NCBI GenBank assembly: GCA_027622665.1
Contig: JAQBYT010000010.1
Coordinates: forward strand, 32,001 to 96,000
Direction of reading: 5' to 3'
DNA length: 64,000 nt
Source: Verrucomicrobiota bacterium
Lineage (GTDB): Bacteria; Verrucomicrobiota; Verrucomicrobiia; Opitutales; Seribacteraceae
Part shown: one piece after another, positions 19,001-26,064 of the stretch
How the letters are laid out: every line of letters begins with the position of its first letter
Position numbering within the stretch: the stretch's first letter is position 1
Notes under the pieces: model-generated
The model's input: the letters and a program-made list of their open reading frames with translations, nothing else
What the model was told of the DNA's origin: nothing
Databases searched by the model: none
Program-made: the position numbers and the translations under genes

Positions 19001-21233
19001 CACCACATCCCAGAGAATTGTGTTCCACGAGTTTAATCCAAGGGCACTCGTAGACAGTTACCAAGATGGTTCCGGGGACTTATGGCAAGTGGACAGTTTC
19101 CACAGAAGAGGGAACCGTCAGCCATTGTTAAATCGACAACACGTCGAGTTCTACACTCGGTATCAATTCGACGGAAATTCTACTCAGGAATGGTTGCTAA
19201 GCGAATCAGGCCAATTTCGCAACGTATCCAACTGGGACATCGCTGCCACCGGCAACAAGTTCGCCATACCCGACGTACCTACTCCCGATGCAGGCCGTTA
19301 CTACGGACACTTGGGACATTCCCATAGCATGTCCTCACCGGCAAACCTTCCTACGACTCCCCGCTTAGCCCTTTTCGACGTACCTCGGCAACCAATGCTG
19401 TCCATAGCACAGTTTCAGCACGCCAACCTTAGCTGGTATTCCCACTCACCCGCATACATCGTGGGGAATTCCTATGCCACGGGGCAGGTTGCTAGATACA
19501 AGAAGTGGGGTCGAGTGTCTAGAATCATATGGCAACCTGAAGCTCCCGAATCTCCAAGAAATTATATGGATCGGAGCAAACCTCCCATTGGATCAGAATT
19601 CAACCACGTTTACGGAATTATATCAGATTGGTGGTGGGATTCACGAAATTACGACCATGGGATGGGGGTTCTCCGAGACGCCCACTCCGAAGTGGAACAC
19701 CAAAACGTCACCATTGATCAGAGCGTATACGCCAACGAGACACTTTTTGACGGATATTACTTTTCTTCCGTTCCTACCGAAGAAGTCGACAGTTCTTTTT
19801 CGCAACGAGAAATTGATGACAACACTCCTCTTCGCAACGGTCGCCTACTCTACTATCGAGATAAAGGGCAATCGCCGGAAATCAGCGAATTGCGTGCCCC
19901 GGAAACGGCAAATGCGAACTTGCTGGTCAACGGTATGTTCAACATCAACTCGACCTCGGTGGCGGCATGGATGGCTCAGCTCGCCAGCCTCTCCGGTAAA
20001 ACCGCAAAAATGCTCGACGTCCAGGATCAGCATATGCTTTCCGGGTCCGCCGGAAGCAGCCAAACGATAAACTTCTCAGCGGGAAAGTTTCCATTCCTTC
20101 GCCACACTGCTCCCTTCGGAGAAGAGATTCCTCCGGCATCCCAAGGCGCCGACCCTAACGATGACTACTGGACGGGGTACGTAGTACTAAACAAAGACCA
20201 ACTTCGCTTGCTCGCCGAAAAAATGGTAACTGAAGTAAAGATTCGTGGTCCTTTCCTCTCCTTGGCCGATTTTATAAATAGAAGAATAACAAAATCCCCG
20301 GAAGTTCCGGGCAAGCCTGGTCATCATTATGATCTTAGATCACTGAAAGCAAATATTTGGCCCGCAGAGACTCCGGAGACTGAGGCAGGATTCCGAGGAA
20401 CTATTCAAGCGGCAATCGCCAATGCGGGTTTCAATAATGCACCCGTCTCAGAAACCATAACTCGAGCTATAAATCACGACAATATGGGAGGCACAACCGA
20501 TTTCAGCTTCCGCAGAAGCATTTTTGGGGAACAGGTTTCCAATAGGAACGAACTAATAGGCAACCCCTATTGGGGACGGGGTATCTGGATGTACGAAAAT
20601 GATAAAAAGTACTATGATGGGCGATCTTTTGATGGGCTCGGAGCTACTCGCGACAGGAAAAAACTTCGGACGGTCTACAAAGACGCATACGATTTTGGCG
20701 AAGCGCCCGACAATTTGCAAGCGATCGAAAGTTCCACAACTGCCGCAATGATGCCCGGATGGCTTACTCAAGGGGACGTATTGACACCTCTGGCACCTGT
20801 AATCTCTCCCAGATCAGACACCTTTATAATCCGCACCTACGGCGAACCCGATGAAGAAACGGGAATAAAGCGATACTGCGAAGCAGTCGTGCAACGGATC
20901 CCGGACTATGTAATCAACGGGCAAGATGCTTCCTTTGAGCAGCGCTCGTCCATCCCTACTCCGGGAGACCCTGCCCACCACCGCCCGAGAGAACCTTTTG
21001 ACGATTGGAATGGCGACGGCATATGGACCGATGGCGAACCTTGGTTGGACCTAAATCAAAACTCACCGAACACATCCAAACTCCTCCGAGCTCAAGGCAA
21101 TGAGGAAGAAGAGCCCGATCTACCGGACACAGGTTGGAATTCGGATCGAGAAATACTAAATCTTACTAATCGTAAGTTCGGTCGCAAGTTCCGTATCGTA
21201 AAGTTTAGATGGTTGACGGAAGAAGAGGTCTGA
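16053..21233 (+). CDS. Giant pilin-like (PilX/GspK-type) protein resembling Verru_Chthon cassette A-like proteins
   Basis: Class III prepilin-like N-terminus NRRG|FALVLALALMSLVFLLVV without Glu5. Blocks AIGELQK, NPYWTGIW, YAYWVGDEG.K, GGLKRDL, LWNPYNV, FNINSTSV.AW, RGPFLSLADFINR, RSDTFIIRTYG, GRKFRIVKFRW. TTG start after AGGA. Confidence 0.75.
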   Translation: MPTNHTKPVKRAHNNRRGFALVLALALMSLVFLLVVTLITQVGAELRLTELRKQKVLAAGNARMGLMVAIGELQKHAGLDTRSTGTASLLDDDPSTPELEKVANPYWTGIWKRQSAPPLSPKNLESSSMAPKVDKDGNLLGDPPDVMYDSEFDDHPANEVAWLVSGNEGKKFQGKRRHQWLHDDDETDDQYRSRIREDKDSDGKPDYFHPVFDDVPDPDSSGSESVWIVNNSVLDPENIDPVLYGKVKVMKTEMTLDHSQIVPPSNSSPTGSPGSPPISSPNNQRSAGAYAYWVGDEGVKTKANVVNPHKDADISSNYGAAESNLIVSPEPNLKDGHDLVVDPAYDENRRKVINLTDIDNLSPTYAGQGQLTGSDDEQLKYRFHTLTTHSAGILSDVSHGGLKRDLTGYFGKPDDDWTLIRNPDGTNIKGDGEMNELPLFHEQVHYLKEFAAGTDKANFWRYGNDAPIDSKNGFMFGPMWNVLRDYYKLYEHFSGNDPYGMSVPPEAPDRFPQRVGDHFVTFDSRPGNKGGSSGNTMQPYLRHHPKFSQYGPNSYNMAHRREEPSNHPIGPVLVELQHRQIIYTAQAGTDSTLRLAIMPTFALWNPYNVKLSAARYQMEYKMRDCTIAAYNTKEREIFYKWSIHSQRNAALHPNPRYTIHRERARDIDKNGNYYGFWGLDQYNWGDPHAGGEPYMDINLNSRFDPGEPFEDKNGNGSHDGGGGANDEWRTVEHRLWHEDMSRRYGNKDDLNGSDWITNVVRNELMPGPLNKAISDNFLDFRTRNEPGTFPTFMPYVDNQNRVQHFQPYRSDPTEGGGGNPNLPLKLLTELISFEPGQKLLFCVEPGPNRYQPGTTINMVNHHGSSPLHHVYFEGDASRFSIPGNDPITIRHVAHGAEGFNRGDSEQSHNAIISQPQLLAKGIVLYLMDGSVRRPLQKVNKEFGGDIQLWRDDYRQANDLAQSKLPQRIASGEGLGYRIRRKISTTSQRIVFHEFNPRALVDSYQDGSGDLWQVDSFHRRGNRQPLLNRQHVEFYTRYQFDGNSTQEWLLSESGQFRNVSNWDIAATGNKFAIPDVPTPDAGRYYGHLGHSHSMSSPANLPTTPRLALFDVPRQPMLSIAQFQHANLSWYSHSPAYIVGNSYATGQVARYKKWGRVSRIIWQPEAPESPRNYMDRSKPPIGSEFNHVYGIISDWWWDSRNYDHGMGVLRDAHSEVEHQNVTIDQSVYANETLFDGYYFSSVPTEEVDSSFSQREIDDNTPLRNGRLLYYRDKGQSPEISELRAPETANANLLVNGMFNINSTSVAAWMAQLASLSGKTAKMLDVQDQHMLSGSAGSSQTINFSAGKFPFLRHTAPFGEEIPPASQGADPNDDYWTGYVVLNKDQLRLLAEKMVTEVKIRGPFLSLADFINRRITKSPEVPGKPGHHYDLRSLKANIWPAETPETEAGFRGTIQAAIANAGFNNAPVSETITRAINHDNMGGTTDFSFRRSIFGEQVSNRNELIGNPYWGRGIWMYENDKKYYDGRSFDGLGATRDRKKLRTVYKDAYDFGEAPDNLQAIESSTTAAMMPGWLTQGDVLTPLAPVISPRSDTFIIRTYGEPDEETGIKRYCEAVVQRIPDYVINGQDASFEQRSSIPTPGDPAHHRPREPFDDWNGDGIWTDGEPWLDLNQNSPNTSKLLRAQGNEEEEPDLPDTGWNSDREILNLTNRKFGRKFRIVKFRWLTEEEV
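16399..16407 (+). repeat. C9 homopolymer in the 5' part of the pilin-like gene
   Basis: gcc ccc ccc ctc (APPL). Confidence 0.8.
18213..18220 (+). repeat. G8 homopolymer in the pilin-like gene
   Basis: ggc ggg ggg gga (GGGG). Confidence 0.8.
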
Positions 21234-21273
21234 CCCACATAATTTCGCTGACTTTCTAAGCCATAAGGAAGAC

Positions 21274-22197
21274 ATGATTGATTCCCTACCTAAGGCAGTT
21301 GCGTTTTTAATTCTTTTATTAGGAATCCACCAACCCCTGACATTTGGGCAGCTAAATCCGACGCCATCCGGTGGTGCAGGTGTTGATGTGCCGATCGTTG
21401 AAGTTAAAGACGAAGAGTTTGTGGAACCGAAAATCACCTTCTCCGTAGTCGGATGGGGAAACACCAGTCTGAAAGATCTTTTTTACTTTCCTCTCGGAAA
21501 CGGAGAGGACGAAAACGCCTCTTGGGAACCTCTTATCATTGCTCCTGACAAAATATCATCCCCATATGCCTTTTACGGTCGGGAAGATGCTCCCAAAACT
21601 CTTGAGATCTATCACCAAGCGCAAAGCTATGAGAATAGTGAAGGCGACATAGTTGATGTTAATGAAAGTAAAAGGAAACTCGTGGGAACCGCGACCTTTC
21701 CGGAAAACGCGGAAGAAATACTTTTGTTAATTATGTCGAGCGGGAACACAATCCGAAGCTATCCAATGCCATTCGACGAGAAGTCAAACCCTCCGGGTAG
21801 CTATGCTTTCATTTCGCAAAGCAAAAAAGATTACGGCATCCGATTCGGAACCACGACTTTTAATCTCGGTTCCGGAAAAAAGCACCTAGCGTTCGGCAAG
21901 GCTGATAAAAACGGAGATATGTTTTTGCAGGTTTTTGACATCTCCGAAAGGAACAAGCCCAGGCAACGAGCATCGAAACTTTTCTTTGATATTCCGACAG
22001 CCCGAGGGATGGTATGGATTTCCGACAGGAACGGTCTTCCGGCAATTCATAAGATCATGGATTTCGCAGAAGATGAGAATGCCCTGCCAATCGGTCTTCA
22101 ACCAATACCGAGGGAAAAGGCAAAGACTCCCACCCCATCTACTTTACGACCACCTACATCCCCACGGATTAGTCCTTCCGCTCCAACGGGCAACTAA
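21274..22197 (+). CDS. Hypothetical secreted protein, probable partner of the pilin-like protein
   Basis: AAGGA RBS, signal peptide, beta-rich body, Pro/Thr/Ser-rich tail; starts 40 nt after the pilin-like gene. Confidence 0.7.
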   Translation: MIDSLPKAVAFLILLLGIHQPLTFGQLNPTPSGGAGVDVPIVEVKDEEFVEPKITFSVVGWGNTSLKDLFYFPLGNGEDENASWEPLIIAPDKISSPYAFYGREDAPKTLEIYHQAQSYENSEGDIVDVNESKRKLVGTATFPENAEEILLLIMSSGNTIRSYPMPFDEKSNPPGSYAFISQSKKDYGIRFGTTTFNLGSGKKHLAFGKADKNGDMFLQVFDISERNKPRQRASKLFFDIPTARGMVWISDRNGLPAIHKIMDFAEDENALPIGLQPIPREKAKTPTPSTLRPPTSPRISPSAPTGN

Positions 22198-22215
22198 CTT
22201 CTCCTCGATAATTTC

Positions 22216-23661
22216 ATGTCTCCCGTTGTTTTGTTGTTGGTCGGGATCGGAGTAGTACTCGGGGGAATTCTTTGGTTGAGGTTGCATGCCTTTCTCGCCC
22301 TTACCTTGGCAGCCTTTGTCGTGGGTTTTCTGACACCCCGCGAGAATCTGCTGCACCATTGGGAAGTTGAGAAAAAGGAGTCGATCGAAGTCGCCGGGAA
22401 ACTAGCTGATCAATCCGTTGGGAAAAGAGTAGCCGAGGGTTTTGGGCGCACCTGCGCCAAGGTGGGGCTCATCATCGCAATGGCCGCCATAATCGGGACT
22501 TGTCTGCTGGAAAGCGGAGCGGCCGATCGCATCGTGCGTTCGGCACTTAAACTGTGTGGAGAGAAACGCGCTCCTTATGCCCTTTCCGGAAGCAGCTTCA
22601 TACTGGGGATACCTGTCTTCTTCGACACCGTATTTTACCTCATGATACCCTTGGCGAAAGCTTTGGCTTCCCGCACGGGGAAGAACTACTTGCTGTACGT
22701 CTTGGCCATTATCGCGGGAGGCTCGATGACGCATTCGCTCGTACCACCTACGCCGGGACCGTTGCTGGTCGCCGGTGAACTGGGAGTGGACTTGGGAGAA
22801 ATGATAATAGGTGGCTTGACGGTCGGCATCTTCGGCATGATGGGCGGTTTCGTCTATGCGCGCTGGGCGAACAATCGATGGCCCATGGATGTTCGAGGGA
22901 GCGAGGATTTGACGACCGAGGACCTCAAGACAATGGCCAACCGTACCGATGACGAACTGCCCAGCCTTTGGCTTTCCCTTGCCCCTACCCTCGTCCCTGT
23001 GATTCTGATCGCGGGCTACTCCTTGATGAAACAGGTCTTTGGCGACGAACCGAGCAAAGGACAACAGGAACTGCTTTCCGTTTTGGCCGCCTTGGGCGAC
23101 AAGAACCTAGCCCTGACTCTAGGAGCCGGAATGGCCTTGTGGTTACTTACGAAGTCCGGGGCGAAGAAGGGGAAGGAATTAGTGGATGCCATTCGCAAGT
23201 CCCTCGGAAGCGCGGGGTCCATCATACTCATAACCGGAATGGGAGGAGCTTTTGGCGGCATTCTCCAACAGACAGGCATCGGTTCAGAGGTAAACGCCTG
23301 GGTCGACGGCTCCGGAATGGGACTAACGGGCATACTACTGATAGCGTTTTTCGTAACCGTGGTGATTCGCATTGCTCAAGGTTCGGCCACTGTCGCGATG
23401 ATTACCGCTGTGGGTATCGTTGGAGGTATCATAGAACCGAACGGTGAATATTGGATTGGCTACGTGGCGCTTGCCATCGGATGCGGAGCAAAACCTTTTC
23501 CATGGATGAACGATAGTGGCTTCTGGGTAGTGGGTCGCCTCGCCGGCTTCACCGAGGGGGAAACACTCAAAACCTTCTCCTGTATTATCAGCTTACTTGG
23601 AGTCATCGGCATTGCCGTAACTCTCCTTTTGGCAAATCTTTGGCCCCACTTCATCTTCTAG
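22216..23661 (+). CDS. GntP-family sugar-acid permease
   Basis: LRLHAFLAL, ESGAADRI, GIPVFFD, HSLVPPTPGP, RIAQGSATVAMITA, WMNDSGFW; many TM helices. Confidence 0.92.
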   Translation: MSPVVLLLVGIGVVLGGILWLRLHAFLALTLAAFVVGFLTPRENLLHHWEVEKKESIEVAGKLADQSVGKRVAEGFGRTCAKVGLIIAMAAIIGTCLLESGAADRIVRSALKLCGEKRAPYALSGSSFILGIPVFFDTVFYLMIPLAKALASRTGKNYLLYVLAIIAGGSMTHSLVPPTPGPLLVAGELGVDLGEMIIGGLTVGIFGMMGGFVYARWANNRWPMDVRGSEDLTTEDLKTMANRTDDELPSLWLSLAPTLVPVILIAGYSLMKQVFGDEPSKGQQELLSVLAALGDKNLALTLGAGMALWLLTKSGAKKGKELVDAIRKSLGSAGSIILITGMGGAFGGILQQTGIGSEVNAWVDGSGMGLTGILLIAFFVTVVIRIAQGSATVAMITAVGIVGGIIEPNGEYWIGYVALAIGCGAKPFPWMNDSGFWVVGRLAGFTEGETLKTFSCIISLLGVIGIAVTLLLANLWPHFIF

Positions 23662-23771
23662 ACAGTGGACTGAAGAAAAAGTTCAAGGCAGTTTCGAGAA
23701 TCCCGTTTTAGCCTTTAGATTGGCGTGACAGTCGAATATCGTTAAGAATAGCCATGATTAAATAATCAACG

Positions 23772-25076
23772 ATGCGCATAACTGATCTACGAATTCATTC
23801 CATCGCCATGGCCGATCCTCCGCTGAGGAGTTCCTACGGTCTGCACCAACCCTACGCGCTCCGCAACGTCATTGAACTGGAAAGTGAGGACGGTGTCGTC
23901 GGCATCGCCGAAACATACGGGGGCGAAGAACCGGCTACGGCGTTGGAAAATCTTAGAGACCGCGTAGTGCAAGCAAACCCCTGGAAGTTATTGGGAGATC
24001 TTATTCCATTAATCGAGGGTGGAGCTTCGGGCATGGAAAGATCTCAAACACACCATGTACCCGGAGAAAACCCTCTGGATGCCGATGCAAGAAGCTATGC
24101 GGCGATAGAGACTGCTTGTCTAGACCTAATAGGAAAGAGCTTGGAGGTCCCTGTTTGCGACCTGATAGGTGGTAGGGTGCGCGATTCAGTTTCATTCTCC
24201 GCTTACCCATTCTACAAGCACGACGGTGGCGGTGGCGAAGGCGACGATCTCAGGGACGACGAATACGGTGAAGCCCTTACCCCTGAGCAATTGGTTGTGC
24301 AGGTCAGGCAAATGGTAGATCGTTACGGTTTCAAGGACATCAAGTTCAAGGCGGGCGTACTCGATCCCGAAATTGAGATAGAGACCATAAAACAACTCCG
24401 CCGAGAGCTAGGTCCCGACGTGCCACTCCGCATCGACCCAAACTGTGCATGGTCGATCGACACATCAGTCAAGGTAGGCCTTGCCCTCGCCGATGAGCTA
24501 TCAAACGGAGGTTACCTCGAAGACCCCACCGCAGGACTTGACGGCATGGCTGAGGTTCGCAAACGATTGCTTGCCGAGGGCGTAGACATACCGCTCGCCA
24601 GTAATGTTTCGGTCACCTCGTTCGGGGACCTGCCCGAGGCCGTAAAGAAGGATGCCGTACAGATCGTACTATGTGATCACCACTACTGGGGAGGCATGCG
24701 GCAAGTCCAACATCTGGCCAAAACCTGCCAAACCTTTGGCATCGGTTTGTCGATGCACTCCAACAGTCACCTCGGTATTTCACTTCTCGCCATGACCCAC
24801 GTCGCGGCAGCCACTCACCACCTCTCCTACGCTTGTGATACTCATTACCCATGGCAATCGGAACAAGACGAGATCGCTGACGGCGGGCGAGTTACAATCA
24901 GCAACGGAGAAGTTTCCGTACTTGAAAGCGGAGGACTTGGAGTGAAATTGGACTACGACCAGATCGCCCGAGGGAAGGAATTGTATCACGCAATCCCCTA
25001 TCGCAAACGGGACGACGAAGCGGAAATGCGCAAACACATAGACCCCGACTGGAAGCGAGTTTTGCCCCGTTGGTAA
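23772..25076 (+). CDS. Glucarate-dehydratase-family enolase-superfamily enzyme
   Basis: KFKAG (KxK), LRIDPN, YLEDP, PLASN, SMHSNSHLGISL, CDTHYPWQ. Confidence 0.85.
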   Translation: MRITDLRIHSIAMADPPLRSSYGLHQPYALRNVIELESEDGVVGIAETYGGEEPATALENLRDRVVQANPWKLLGDLIPLIEGGASGMERSQTHHVPGENPLDADARSYAAIETACLDLIGKSLEVPVCDLIGGRVRDSVSFSAYPFYKHDGGGGEGDDLRDDEYGEALTPEQLVVQVRQMVDRYGFKDIKFKAGVLDPEIEIETIKQLRRELGPDVPLRIDPNCAWSIDTSVKVGLALADELSNGGYLEDPTAGLDGMAEVRKRLLAEGVDIPLASNVSVTSFGDLPEAVKKDAVQIVLCDHHYWGGMRQVQHLAKTCQTFGIGLSMHSNSHLGISLLAMTHVAAATHHLSYACDTHYPWQSEQDEIADGGRVTISNGEVSVLESGGLGVKLDYDQIARGKELYHAIPYRKRDDEAEMRKHIDPDWKRVLPRW

Positions 25077-25102
25077 AACATCGAGCTCAAACAAAGAATT
25101 TT

Positions 25103-25126
25103 GCTTGTCCCTGACAAGTGACAAGC
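25103..25126. promoter_or_regulatory. Candidate operator upstream of kdgD
   Basis: CTTGTC-CCT-GACAAG inverted repeat (25104-25118) followed by a second TGACAAG. Confidence 0.35.
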
Positions 25127-25155
25127 TCCATAGATTTTAGAACTATTAAAACAAA

Positions 25156-26064
25156 ATGTCCGACCAACCGTTCAGCGAACTTATCCCCGAGGGAGTCATA
25201 GGCTTCCCCGTAACACCTTTTCATGCCGACCACGCTCTTAACCTAGAGGGATTCAAAAAGAATCTAGAAGTCATACTTCAAGAACCATTTACTACGTTCG
25301 TTGCCGCGGGCGGCACGGGCGAAATGTATTCCCTCGACCGCGAGGAATATGTCGCAGTCGTACAATCCGCAGTAAACGTTACGGAGGGACGGATGCCGGT
25401 AATAGCAGGCGTCGGTTACGGGTCACGCATTGCCGTGAGCATGGCCACCGAGGCAGCCAAGGCGGGGGCCGCCGCTTTGCTCATTTTGCCCCCCTACTAT
25501 CCAAACCCCGCATTCGAAGGTCTAACTGCCTACTGTAAGGCCATTGGCAATGCTACCGACCTTCCCATGCTTATCTATACCCGGGATTGGTTGAACCTAT
25601 CCGCGGAACAAGCAGAAAATCTCGCCGAGGAAGTGCCCACTCTCGTGGGCTGGAAAGACGGGCAAGGCGAATTGCGAAACTTCCAACGCATCAGATCTCG
25701 ACTCGGTCAACGCTTCACCTGGATTGGCGGCGTAGGCGACGACCACGTCAGCGGCTATTACGGGATCGGAGTACGTCGCTACACTTCCAGTATTTCATGC
25801 GTTGCGCCAAAGCTTTCCATCCTCCTTCATGAGGTCGCTGCCGCACGCGATGAAGGAACACTCGCAGCAGTAACTGACAAACATGTCTTGCCTCTTTACA
25901 ACCTACGTACTCGATGCAAAGGATACGAAGTATCGGCAATGAAAACTCTGCTCGAACTTAGAGGTCTTGCGGGCGGCCCAGTTCGCCCTCCTCTGATCGA
26001 TGTAAAAACCGAGGAGCACCCTGAACTACAAGCCATTCTAGACGGATGGAAAGAATTTCTGTGA
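25156..26064 (+). CDS. kdgD: 5-dehydro-4-deoxyglucarate dehydratase (DHDPS family)
   Basis: FPVTPF, AAGGTGE, LILPPYY, GWKDG, YTSSI, GYEVSAMK, GPVRPPL; next to a GudD-like gene. Confidence 0.8.
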   Translation: MSDQPFSELIPEGVIGFPVTPFHADHALNLEGFKKNLEVILQEPFTTFVAAGGTGEMYSLDREEYVAVVQSAVNVTEGRMPVIAGVGYGSRIAVSMATEAAKAGAAALLILPPYYPNPAFEGLTAYCKAIGNATDLPMLIYTRDWLNLSAEQAENLAEEVPTLVGWKDGQGELRNFQRIRSRLGQRFTWIGGVGDDHVSGYYGIGVRRYTSSISCVAPKLSILLHEVAAARDEGTLAAVTDKHVLPLYNLRTRCKGYEVSAMKTLLELRGLAGGPVRPPLIDVKTEEHPELQAILDGWKEFL

